In this document: positions 9,849 through 20,139 of the stretch, piece by piece | Layout: each line of letters begins with the position of its first letter | Position numbering within the stretch: position 1 is the first letter of the stretch | Virus record (IMG/VR): IMGVR_UViG_3300023174_000033 | Span: 372,001-436,000 of that record | DNA: 64,000 nucleotides | Strand: one strand, 5' to 3' | Program-made: the position numbers and the translations under genes | Notes under the pieces: model-generated | Databases searched by the model: none | Seen by the model: only the letters and a program-made list of their open reading frames with translations | What the model was told of the DNA's origin: nothing

Positions 9849-10670
9849 CTATTCACACTTTATCAAAAGATGTTTATTTTTATCTAAATCTTTTGCCTTT
9901 ATCCAAAATGCAAATTCTAATAGATTTTCATTATTTACTAAATCTTTTTTTGACTTTTCAATAACATAAAATTCATGTAATTCTGTACAGGGTGGTAAAT
10001 TATTAATTTTTAATAACTCTTGTTCTCCATAATAAATATGTTTATCTATAACCTTCTTGTACCTATTTTTATGTGTTAGAACCGAATCACCGATTAAAAT
10101 ATTTTGCAAAGACTTCAATCCTTCAAGTGTTTTAACCTCTGATGTCGGTATAAAGCACCCAGGGCCAATACCTACCTTAATAGCATCTGCACCCCATTTT
10201 TCAAGTTCAAATACAGACTCAACAGTTGACACATTACCAGCAATGATAAATGTGTTTGGCATTTTCTCTTTTAGGAACTTAATCATATTGTACATTTTAT
10301 TAGAATGACCATGTGCAATATCAATTGTTATGAAATCTACTTTTAGTTCATATTTTGTGATTTTATCAATTAGATCATAAGAATCTTGATTCACACCCAA
10401 AGAAATTGATGTCACTAGATTATTCTTATTCATAATATTTATGAATGATATAATCATTTGGTCTGTAAAGAACCTATGTAGGATATAGAAATAACCATTT
10501 TCAGCTAATTTTCTCGCTAATTCTATATCTAAAACACATTCCATATTAGCAGGAACGATTGGAAGTTTGAAAGTATGACCACAAAACTTAACAGATGTAT
10601 CACACTCGGCCCTTGACCCAACAACACATTTTTTTGGTATTAGGTTGATATCATCAAAGTCAAATCGCAT
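9849..10670 (-). CDS. guaC: GMP reductase N-terminal half fused to split-intein N fragment (IntN, 102 aa, 9852-10157)
   Basis: MRFDFDDINLIPKKCVVGSRAECDTSV..FKLPIVPANM is type-2 GuaC-like. IKVGIGPG|CFIPTSEVKT marks intein block A; CTELHEFYV is block B. ATG at 10670 follows the upstream stop. Confidence 0.93.
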   Translation of the reverse strand: MRFDFDDINLIPKKCVVGSRAECDTSVKFCGHTFKLPIVPANMECVLDIELARKLAENGYFYILHRFFTDQMIISFINIMNKNNLVTSISLGVNQDSYDLIDKITKYELKVDFITIDIAHGHSNKMYNMIKFLKEKMPNTFIIAGNVSTVESVFELEKWGADAIKVGIGPGCFIPTSEVKTLEGLKSLQNILIGDSVLTHKNRYKKVIDKHIYYGEQELLKINNLPPCTELHEFYVIEKSKKDLVNNENLLEFAFWIKAKDLDKNKHLLIKCE

Positions 10671-10671
10671 A

Positions 10672-10977
10672 TTAATAGAAGGAATATTTTTCTTGTTCAA
10701 TAATACAATAGTTATTGATTGGGAAAAGATTTATTCTTTCTTCATTTTCATCAACTACACATCTTAAAATTCCATCAATTACATCCTCGTTGAAGATCTT
10801 TGTGGTTGCATTATTTAAACCTTTGAATACGATAAAAAGTGGGTCATCTTTATCAATTGATAAAGGTGTTAGTTTACCCTTTAGTTTACCGTTGTTTCCG
10901 TTATCAAAATAGCTTTGATCGATAATTGACTTGAGTTGATCTTTGTCTTTGAATTCAATTTTTAATTCGTATTTCAT
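10672..10977 (-). CDS. Hypothetical protein
   Basis: ORF in the co-oriented operon. Confidence 0.7.
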   Translation of the reverse strand: MKYELKIEFKDKDQLKSIIDQSYFDNGNNGKLKGKLTPLSIDKDDPLFIVFKGLNNATTKIFNEDVIDGILRCVVDENEERINLFPINNYCIIEQEKYSFY

Positions 10978-11033
10978 TTTTTATTGATGTTAAAATTTAA
11001 TCACTTCACTAATATAATATTAAGTCAAAAAGT

Positions 11034-12068
11034 TTAAGATATTTCCTTCAATTTTATGAAAAGTTCTCGTTGAGAATCATTTATATTTTTTGGTATGGAA
11101 ACTTTTATTTTCACATAAAGATTGCCAGTTCCATTTGTTTGTCCGTTCTGCATTAGTCTTGGTATTCCCTTGTTTGGAACTGTGTATGTTTTCCCACTTT
11201 CACAACCAGCAAATATTTGCAATATAGATTCACCAAGTGGAGTTTTTATTTTTAAATTTGTACCTAATACGGCATCGTATATACTTATAGTTTCTTCGGA
11301 ATGGAGATCATTTCCCTCTCTTTTAAATTTGTCACTTGGTATTTCTTCAATCATTACCTGTAAATCACCAGGAGTACCTTGTCTAATGTGATTACCATAT
11401 CCTTGCATATTGAATGTCATACCACTAGCAACACCTTTTGGTATATTTACTTCAACTAATTCATCTTTAGAAGAAGTTCCATTTCCATTACAGGTTGAAC
11501 ACCTATTATAAATCGTTCTACCCTCTCCATTACACATATTACAAGGTATTTGTTGGGTTATTGTACCAAAAGGTGTATTTTGAATTACTCTTCTAACTCC
11601 CGATCCATTACATCCTTGACAAGTTCTTTCATCAGTTCCACCTTTTCCATTACAAGGATCACATTTTGTTTGTCTTTTGTATTTTATTTTTTTAATTGAT
11701 CCTTGAATTACCTCTTCTAAAGTTACCTGTACTTGAATTCTCAAATCACCACCCCTACGAGTTCTTTGGTTAGTGAAAGCTCCACCGAAAGGATTTCCAA
11801 AAATATCTCCAAACTGACTGAATATATCATTCATATTGAATCCACCACCACCAAATCTACCTCTATTTGGATCACCACCAAACATATCATACTCCTGTCT
11901 TTTTTGATCATTAGATAATGTTTCATAAGCTTCGGCGGCTTTCTTAAATTTTGTTTCGTCCCCACCTCTGTCAGGATGATATTCTAAAGCTTTCTTTCTA
12001 TAAGCCTTTTTAACATCATCTTGTGATGCAGATTTATCAATCCCTAATATATCGTAATAACTTTCCAT
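11034..12068 (-). CDS. dnaJ: DnaJ chaperone
   Basis: J-domain HPD, G/F-rich region, four CxxCxGxG zinc motifs, C-terminal domain. Confidence 0.97.
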   Translation of the reverse strand: MESYYDILGIDKSASQDDVKKAYRKKALEYHPDRGGDETKFKKAAEAYETLSNDQKRQEYDMFGGDPNRGRFGGGGFNMNDIFSQFGDIFGNPFGGAFTNQRTRRGGDLRIQVQVTLEEVIQGSIKKIKYKRQTKCDPCNGKGGTDERTCQGCNGSGVRRVIQNTPFGTITQQIPCNMCNGEGRTIYNRCSTCNGNGTSSKDELVEVNIPKGVASGMTFNMQGYGNHIRQGTPGDLQVMIEEIPSDKFKREGNDLHSEETISIYDAVLGTNLKIKTPLGESILQIFAGCESGKTYTVPNKGIPRLMQNGQTNGTGNLYVKIKVSIPKNINDSQRELFIKLKEIS

Positions 12069-12098
12069 ATAAAATATATCTTATTTTTATTTATTTGT

Positions 12099-13785
<1,687 letters not shown>

Positions 13786-13786
13786 A

Positions 13787-14275
13787 TTAATAATTATTGA
13801 AATTTAGTAATTTTTTCACAGCGTTTGTGTTATAAAATTCATAACTTACGTTTTGTACAACTAATTTTGAGATTTCCAGTTCCTTTATATTTTCGGATAA
13901 TTCATCAACGTACTCAATCAAATCTTTCAAAGCATTTGCATAGTTAATTGGTGGTGTCCAATAATCTGGGAACTTCTGAAAAAACTTTTCAATAGCAGTT
14001 TCCAATGATTTTTTCTTAATAAAGAAATTTTCTTTACCTTTTATAGAACGAACTGCCATGAAATGTGTGAGATAATCATTGAATCTGTGAATCAAATTGT
14101 CAGTTTCCATCACTTTTAATAAACCAATAACTATAGCATCTCTTTCAGACAATTCAAATTCAGCATTCTCTTTTAACATTTTTTCAGCTTCCTTCTCTGA
14201 ACCCAAAATATAGTAAGTATAACTATCCCATAGGCAACGTTTCACAATATCCTCAGGCTTTATAATAATTTTCAT
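13787..14275 (-). CDS. Hypothetical protein
   Basis: ORF in operon. Confidence 0.7.
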   Translation of the reverse strand: MKIIIKPEDIVKRCLWDSYTYYILGSEKEAEKMLKENAEFELSERDAIVIGLLKVMETDNLIHRFNDYLTHFMAVRSIKGKENFFIKKKSLETAIEKFFQKFPDYWTPPINYANALKDLIEYVDELSENIKELEISKLVVQNVSYEFYNTNAVKKLLNFNNY

Positions 14276-14321
14276 TAAAATTCTTTATTTTTTTAAATTA
14301 TACTATTTAAGTATAGTAAGT

Positions 14322-14852
14322 TTATTTGGTCTTTTTAGGTTTAAGAGTCATTAACCACCTATCACCATCGTATTTTATTGGGTCTTCAAATTGTGAAATA
14401 TCCATTAAAATTTCATAGAATTTTTCCATCACATTTCTACCTCTTTCAGGCATAGATTTTTGTCTACCCTTTAACCTAACCACACATTTCACTTTATCGC
14501 CATCTTCTAGGAACTCCCTAGCCTTCCTTGCTTTTGTTTGTAAATCATTTATGGCAATCTCGCAACTTAATTGAATCTCTCTCAATTCAATTTTTTGTTG
14601 ACTCTTCTGCTTTAGCTTTTGTGCTTTTTCAAAATCATAGATAAATTTGTTATAATCCTCAATTCTTACGATTGGAGGATCTTGATTTTCATTAATTAAA
14701 ATCAAATCTTTACCCTCTGCTTGAGCTATTTTTGATGCTTCAAATGAGGACATTATCCTTGGTTCTCCTTCACCTACAAGTCTGACTTGTGGGAATCTAA
14801 CCTCGGAATTTAATTTGTGTTTTCTCTCTTTTTGTGGCCTTCTTGGATTCAT
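14322..14852 (-). CDS. infC: Translation initiation factor IF-3
   Basis: NSEVRFPQVRLV, DLILINENQDPPIVRIEDYNKFIY, NDLQTKARKAREFLEDGDKVK, LKGRQ. Confidence 0.93.
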   Translation of the reverse strand: MNPRRPQKERKHKLNSEVRFPQVRLVGEGEPRIMSSFEASKIAQAEGKDLILINENQDPPIVRIEDYNKFIYDFEKAQKLKQKSQQKIELREIQLSCEIAINDLQTKARKAREFLEDGDKVKCVVRLKGRQKSMPERGRNVMEKFYEILMDISQFEDPIKYDGDRWLMTLKPKKTK

Positions 14853-14861
14853 TAAAAAATA

Positions 14862-15077
14862 TTATTGACAATTACACATTGAATCAATCAAACTTGAAAA
14901 TTTATATATTTCACCTGTGTTTTTGTTTTGTATGTATAGATTATAATCGCCATATAAAAATAGTTTAGAAATTTGGTAGTTATTATCAACTACCAAATTT
15001 CTAGCTATCTGTTGTTTCTTTTGATTTGTTTGTTCCTGTATAAAGGATTCAATCATTTGAATGGTTTCGTAATTCAC
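14862..15077 (-). CDS. Hypothetical protein
   Basis: ORF in operon. Confidence 0.55.
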   Translation of the reverse strand: MNYETIQMIESFIQEQTNQKKQQIARNLVVDNNYQISKLFLYGDYNLYIQNKNTGEIYKFSSLIDSMCNCQ

Positions 15078-15079
15078 TA

Positions 15080-17089
15080 TTAGTTAATTCTTATTTCCCT
15101 CCATCTATTGTATTGAGCATCATTGCCACTGATTTCAATAACTCTACCAGTGCGGTTGATTGGGATATTCATACGAACTTTACCACTCGTTGTGGTGAAT
15201 ACTTGAACACCATCAACAAATACTGATAAGCTTAGAATTGGTGAACCCCAAGTTGATCCGGATAAAAATCCAGACCAAACATTAATACTTGGAATGTTCC
15301 TTGAAGCTGACAGAGTACATTGTATCCTTGATGGTCCTGTTGTTACCCATCTTGAATTATTTGTGGCGGTGTCACCATCTCTGATTAATAATGTATCACC
15401 AGCATATCTTGTACCAGTACACTTCCAAACAATTGTGCCAGTTGGAGCCGTGGAAGTTTTAAAAGTAAGCTGTGTGCCATAAGCAGTTCCGCTTGAATTA
15501 GTTGCATAAGCTCTCACATAGTAAGTTGTATTTGAGGTTAGTCCAGTTATTGAGCTCACATAAGAACCAACACCACTTCCGTTTACTGTTTTAGTCGTGA
15601 GTGACACCGTAGGATTCTGTGCGGTTGACCAAACAACTCCCCTAGCAGTAACAGTTGCGCCACCATCCGCAGTTACATTACCACCAGTGGTAACTGAATT
15701 TGTGGTTATATTACCGACCGTAGTTGTTGTAATAGTTGGTAAAACAATACCAGTGGAACAAGCTTGTACAGTAACTTGTGTCGGATAGGAATTACATCCC
15801 GATGGACTACCAGTCGCTGTTCTTGTTTGATATCCGTTAACACAAGGGCCCCAAGGTCCATAAGTCCAAGAGGTGCAAATACCAGTGCCGGTTCCGGGAA
15901 CTGTTGATACATTCAAAGTCTGTTGCATAACAGCGGCACAAGTTGGGTGAAAACCTAATGATAATTTAAGTGTTCCGTTTAAGTGACAATAACTCATAAT
16001 TGTACCACCCAATTTAGGATTCTTTATGGTAGTTCCACAATTATAAGAATTGTAAGTTTCACCACCATAACAAGAATCTAATCTACCAACTCCACCATTT
16101 GGTAAAGGCCAACCACACCATTGAGTATGTTTTGAACCATAAGAGTGACCCTCTTCGTGACTCACTACATAAATAGACCAAGCATAATCATTAGTTATAG
16201 TCAATGTGTTGTAGATACCCGATACTGCGGTATTATAAAGACCACCTCTGCCAACTTGACCTATGTAAGCAATTCCACCATAATTTTTGTTTGTTAGTAA
16301 GTGTTTCAAGTCAACATCTGTCCTTGAGGTATAATCTGTTGTAAATTGAGACAATGCTGAAAATGATGAAAGTATTTTGTAATAATTGGAAGTGTCTGTT
16401 AATATTTGCACTTCTTTTATCTTATTATTGATTCCAATCCTATTATAATAAACCAATTTTGCAGCTTGTAAGTTAGCAACAAAATTCGTAATATTTTGTG
16501 TATTTCTTGCGAAGTTTACATACATATCAAAATCCACCACATAAAGTATATCAGCAACTTTATTACTAATCGCGACAGCTCCTCCAGTCACTGTCTGTCC
16601 CGTAGATGGTGTTTGACCTTCAGTGGGCGAATAATTTAGATTTGGAGTTTTGTAATCAGGGGGTAATGCGGGTTCTTCTGTTTCAAGGGGAATTTGTGTC
16701 TCACTTGGTTGTACTAATCCCTCATCTGTGATGTTTAATCCATCCATTGTGCCCAGTACTCCACTCTCGGTTATTGTTAAAACACCCTCTCTACCATTCT
16801 TGGTAATTTTGAAGTGTTTTGGTTTTTTCACTTTTACTTGTTTTTTACCTTCAGTAACAATAAAGTCAGGTAGTGTGAATTCCTCCGCATCAACGTCAAG
16901 TGTATCAGATAACTTTATTTTAACCTTCTTAAAAGATTTTATCTTCGTGTGGTTCTTTTTGTTAATTTGCTTTTTTGGGGTTCCTTGACTTTTCCCAGAA
17001 TTTACAACTTTCACTTCATAAAGGTCAATGACTTGACCATAGGAAATAAAAGATAAAAACAGAAAAAATAAAAGTAGTAGTTTTTTCAT
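15080..17089 (-). CDS. Secreted reprolysin-like (M12B-type) zinc metallopeptidase with TSP1-like and Fn3-like domains
   Basis: Signal peptide MKKLLLLFFLFLSFISYGQ; VSHEEGHSYGSKHT zinc motif; IMSYCH Met-turn; WTYGPWGPC (TSP1-like); GLTSNTTYYVRAYATNSSGTAYG (Fn3-like). Confidence 0.85.
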   Translation of the reverse strand: MKKLLLLFFLFLSFISYGQVIDLYEVKVVNSGKSQGTPKKQINKKNHTKIKSFKKVKIKLSDTLDVDAEEFTLPDFIVTEGKKQVKVKKPKHFKITKNGREGVLTITESGVLGTMDGLNITDEGLVQPSETQIPLETEEPALPPDYKTPNLNYSPTEGQTPSTGQTVTGGAVAISNKVADILYVVDFDMYVNFARNTQNITNFVANLQAAKLVYYNRIGINNKIKEVQILTDTSNYYKILSSFSALSQFTTDYTSRTDVDLKHLLTNKNYGGIAYIGQVGRGGLYNTAVSGIYNTLTITNDYAWSIYVVSHEEGHSYGSKHTQWCGWPLPNGGVGRLDSCYGGETYNSYNCGTTIKNPKLGGTIMSYCHLNGTLKLSLGFHPTCAAVMQQTLNVSTVPGTGTGICTSWTYGPWGPCVNGYQTRTATGSPSGCNSYPTQVTVQACSTGIVLPTITTTTVGNITTNSVTTGGNVTADGGATVTARGVVWSTAQNPTVSLTTKTVNGSGVGSYVSSITGLTSNTTYYVRAYATNSSGTAYGTQLTFKTSTAPTGTIVWKCTGTRYAGDTLLIRDGDTATNNSRWVTTGPSRIQCTLSASRNIPSINVWSGFLSGSTWGSPILSLSVFVDGVQVFTTTSGKVRMNIPINRTGRVIEISGNDAQYNRWREIRIN

Positions 17090-17160
17090 ATTTGCTTTTA
17101 TTTTTATATATCCGACAAAAACTTTTTCATACTTCCCTTTTTTATTGAAAAAATAAGTGT

Positions 17161-17168
17161 TACCTTTG
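17161..17168 (+). promoter_or_regulatory. Bacteroidota primary-sigma -7 element TAnnTTTG (representative site)
   Basis: Sites just upstream of genes at 17161, 18990(-), 31458(-), 31845(-), 33972(-), 36075, 38181(-), 42893, 44101, 55109(-), 55175, 58441(-), 62653(-). Confidence 0.75.
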
Positions 17169-17187
17169 TATAAACAATAAAAAACTT

Positions 17188-17448
17188 ATGAATTCTATAA
17201 TCAACCTGGTCAAATTCCTTTTGGGAATCTCTCTACTTATTTTCTTAATTTTTTTTCCGCCACTTCTAATTATTGCCCTATTGGTAGTACCTGCTACTTA
17301 CCTTTACTCAAAGGCTAATGGTCAAAGTTATAATTTTACACTTGACCAGTCAGAAACTCTATACAAACTAAATAACCTTGGAATTTGGGCTTGGATTTTA
17401 GGCGGTGGATTTCTACTTATCTTCCTCCTATTGGCAGCATCGGTTTAA
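17188..17448 (+). CDS. Small membrane protein (2 TM)
   Basis: Hydrophobic segments; TAnnTTTG upstream. Confidence 0.7.
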   Translation: MNSIINLVKFLLGISLLIFLIFFPPLLIIALLVVPATYLYSKANGQSYNFTLDQSETLYKLNNLGIWAWILGGGFLLIFLLLAASV

Positions 17449-17813
17449 AATTCACCAAACTTTTTAATTGAATGGGATTCATCAATCCCATTTTCTATTT
17501 CTTTCCAATAAGATTGGATAAAATCTATTATATCATCGTGAAAATCCTCGGTGAATAAATTGAATTGCGCAATTGCAGACCTTACGTCCATACCTGGACT
17601 TGCAGATCCACTAGACATATCAAAAATATAAATCATTTTACTATTTCCCTCAACCTCTATACTTTCAATTTCTGGTGCTGAAAATGGGCTTGATACCAAA
17701 TCTTCCTCCCAAGAAATTTTATTCCTTTCTATAAAATCTCTGTGTAGATTATCTGTAGATATTCCAGAAGAAAACCCATCTTCATATATCTCAACTATAA
17801 AAAATCTTTTCAT
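17445..17813 (-). CDS. Hypothetical protein with tag-like C-terminus (ESHSIKKFGEF)
   Basis: TAATATATA at 17838-17846 upstream. Confidence 0.7.
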   Translation of the reverse strand: MKRFFIVEIYEDGFSSGISTDNLHRDFIERNKISWEEDLVSSPFSAPEIESIEVEGNSKMIYIFDMSSGSASPGMDVRSAIAQFNLFTEDFHDDIIDFIQSYWKEIENGIDESHSIKKFGEF

Positions 17814-17864
17814 TCGTAAAACAAGTATTTAATATTATATATATTAAAAATTTAAAAAATTATT

Positions 17865-18470
17865 ATGTATACGAGAGAACAAATTGAAAAAGCTGTTAAA
17901 ACAAAGGGATATGTTTGGTTCAGCGACAATGATAATCAAACTTTTGATGTAAACATCGTAGGAGTCAGAAACAACGCGCCCTCTGTAGCGGATAAAATAA
18001 CAAATGTTTTCGATGATTTCTTGACAATTTCTTTCAAAGATGAAACAAAACAATGGAAATTCTTTTGCTGGAACGCGACAACAGATCCAGGGAAAAAAGG
18101 TGCACTCCAATTTAGTAATAAAAGAGGAGTAGCAAGATTGATACCAAATCAATACAGAACTGTTTGGAGTATAGATAAACACCAAGGAAAATATGACGCA
18201 TTATGTCAAAGGTTAGGAAATGTTAGTGTTTGGAGAGATGCTAATCGGGACATGGTTTTTGAAGAAAAAGTAGTTGACACGGGCATTTTCGGCATTAATA
18301 TACACAAAGCTGGCCAAGATTCAACTTGGGTAGAAAATTGGTCTGAGGGATGTCAAGTATTCAAAAGAGTTAAAGATTTTGACGTATTTATGTCAATTTG
18401 TAAAAAAGCTGCCAAGATTCACGGTAATAAATTTTCTTATACTTTATTAGAATCAACTGATATATCGTAA
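17865..18470 (+). CDS. YkuD/L,D-transpeptidase-like cell-wall enzyme (candidate lysin)
   Basis: GINIHKAG...WSEGCQVF His/Cys catalytic pattern. Confidence 0.65.
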   Translation: MYTREQIEKAVKTKGYVWFSDNDNQTFDVNIVGVRNNAPSVADKITNVFDDFLTISFKDETKQWKFFCWNATTDPGKKGALQFSNKRGVARLIPNQYRTVWSIDKHQGKYDALCQRLGNVSVWRDANRDMVFEEKVVDTGIFGINIHKAGQDSTWVENWSEGCQVFKRVKDFDVFMSICKKAAKIHGNKFSYTLLESTDIS

Positions 18471-18492
18471 AAAAAGGGGACTTTTAGTCCCC
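18469..18492 (-). terminator. Intrinsic terminator
   Basis: GGGGAC-TTTTA-GTCCCC with a 7-U tract on the minus strand. Confidence 0.75.
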
Positions 18493-18511
18493 AAATTACA
18501 ATTTTGACATT

Positions 18512-18985
18512 TTACCACCAACCGAATAGTTTTTTCCAAGATGGTCTATTGTAAGGTTTATCCATTTGAAAGCCAAAGAAGAAGTGTAATTCACCCTCGG
18601 TAAAAACAAGTCCGCTTCCAGTAATATTTTCAGTAATTTTCAATTCTGTCTCAACAGTGTAGCAACTCTTGTTGAATTTATTTCTCAGTTTTGATGGAAT
18701 CTTATTATAGGTTTTTACAAGATTCGAAACAATATCCTCAACTGTCATGCTATCGATAACATTTGTAAAATGTTTTTCAACAGCTTCAGTACTTGAATTA
18801 TATGGCATCTCATAAGTGGGGAAGTGATATCTAACCGATATACAATTAGAGTTCTTATCACAACAATCCAATTTGCGTAGTGGATCAATTCTTGTGTAGA
18901 ACTTCTTAGCGACACTATCTTTCCAATTTTGTCCAAACAGAGGGAAAGAAATAATAATTGTGAGAATTGTTAGGAACGTTTTCAT
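18512..18985 (-). CDS. Hypothetical exported protein
   Basis: Signal peptide MKTFLTILTIIISFPLFGQ. Confidence 0.7.
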   Translation of the reverse strand: MKTFLTILTIIISFPLFGQNWKDSVAKKFYTRIDPLRKLDCCDKNSNCISVRYHFPTYEMPYNSSTEAVEKHFTNVIDSMTVEDIVSNLVKTYNKIPSKLRNKFNKSCYTVETELKITENITGSGLVFTEGELHFFFGFQMDKPYNRPSWKKLFGWW

Positions 18986-19023
18986 AATACAAATATACTA
19001 TAAAGTTGTAAAAGTTCAAAATA

Positions 19024-19539
19024 TTATTTTAAAAAAATTAAAATATCTGTATATCCATAAAATTCCAAGTAACATTTTATGGTTTCCGAGAAAACTTGTG
19101 GTTTATTTTTCTTTTTACCATTTAAAATCTCAATCCAATACTTGAAAAACCTCTTCAAATTCTTTTTATCTACCAAACCAGTTTGTGAAAGTATTATTAA
19201 TTCGGTCAATCCAGTAAAATAATCATCAAATATCTCTCTGATATATGCTTCTTGTTGTGTAAAGTTCATTTTTTGGTTGTGTGTTTTCAAACCCTCAACT
19301 AAAAACGCATCATCTACAACAACTATTTCGTCATTTATCTCGATTTTAGTTTTATTCCAATCCAATAATTTATGAACCTTTAGAGTAGAAGGGGAATTAT
19401 TGAATTTTTCAATTCTTTCTAAAAGAAATTTATTTTTTTCAAACTTTCTACTTTGTGAATATTCCCAAACCCATCTTATAGTTGTCACCAAACCGGCGAT
19501 AACCACAAAATTATCTTGAATCCAATTAAGCAAATTCAT
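19024..19539 (-). CDS. Hypothetical protein with N-terminal TM helix
   Basis: ORF track. Confidence 0.7.
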   Translation of the reverse strand: MNLLNWIQDNFVVIAGLVTTIRWVWEYSQSRKFEKNKFLLERIEKFNNSPSTLKVHKLLDWNKTKIEINDEIVVVDDAFLVEGLKTHNQKMNFTQQEAYIREIFDDYFTGLTELIILSQTGLVDKKNLKRFFKYWIEILNGKKKNKPQVFSETIKCYLEFYGYTDILIFLK

Positions 19540-19542
19540 AAA

Positions 19543-20139
19543 TTACTTCAAAAAATCTTTGAAATTAGTTATCCTCTTACTCTCTTGTTTTTTTAAAAAC
19601 TCTTTTTCTTCATCAGCTAAAGAATCATACCCAGAATCATTTATTTTATCTAGGATATCATCAATGTTCATTTGAGGTTCTTTCGAGTAAGTTTTCTGTC
19701 TTAATTGCTCAATTTCATCATCCTCATCTTCATCCTCTGTTGGAGCAGCTAGTTCACCTTCCTCCTCTTCATATGGCCAATTTGAATCATCTTCAGCCCA
19801 TTCGAAATCATCTTCATCTTCTTCGTAGTCAATACCCATTTTAGCTATGATTATGGCTAAATCATTTTTAACTTTATCCATCATTTTGAAATCAAACCAA
19901 TCAGTATTCTCTTCCAAGTAATCTAAGAATCTAACAAAATCATCAGATATCTCTCCTTTGTCATCAACTGAGAAAATGTCCAATAATTCATCATGGTTTA
20001 GAGCATCGCCTCTATCCTTTTCCATATCTTCTACGAATAATTCGAATTGTTCGTGTAGATCGTCTACTTGGTGGTCTTCTAATTCAAATTTTGCAACTGG
20101 AATGTTCTCAAAATTTTCAAATTTCATTAAGTGTTTCAT
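19543..20139 (-). CDS. Acidic hypothetical protein, tagged at both ends, with DUF6576-like helix pair
   Basis: MKHLMKFENF start, IDDILDKINDSGYDSLADEEKEFL, and KRITNFKDFLK end. Confidence 0.75.
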   Translation of the reverse strand: MKHLMKFENFENIPVAKFELEDHQVDDLHEQFELFVEDMEKDRGDALNHDELLDIFSVDDKGEISDDFVRFLDYLEENTDWFDFKMMDKVKNDLAIIIAKMGIDYEEDEDDFEWAEDDSNWPYEEEEGELAAPTEDEDEDDEIEQLRQKTYSKEPQMNIDDILDKINDSGYDSLADEEKEFLKKQESKRITNFKDFLK

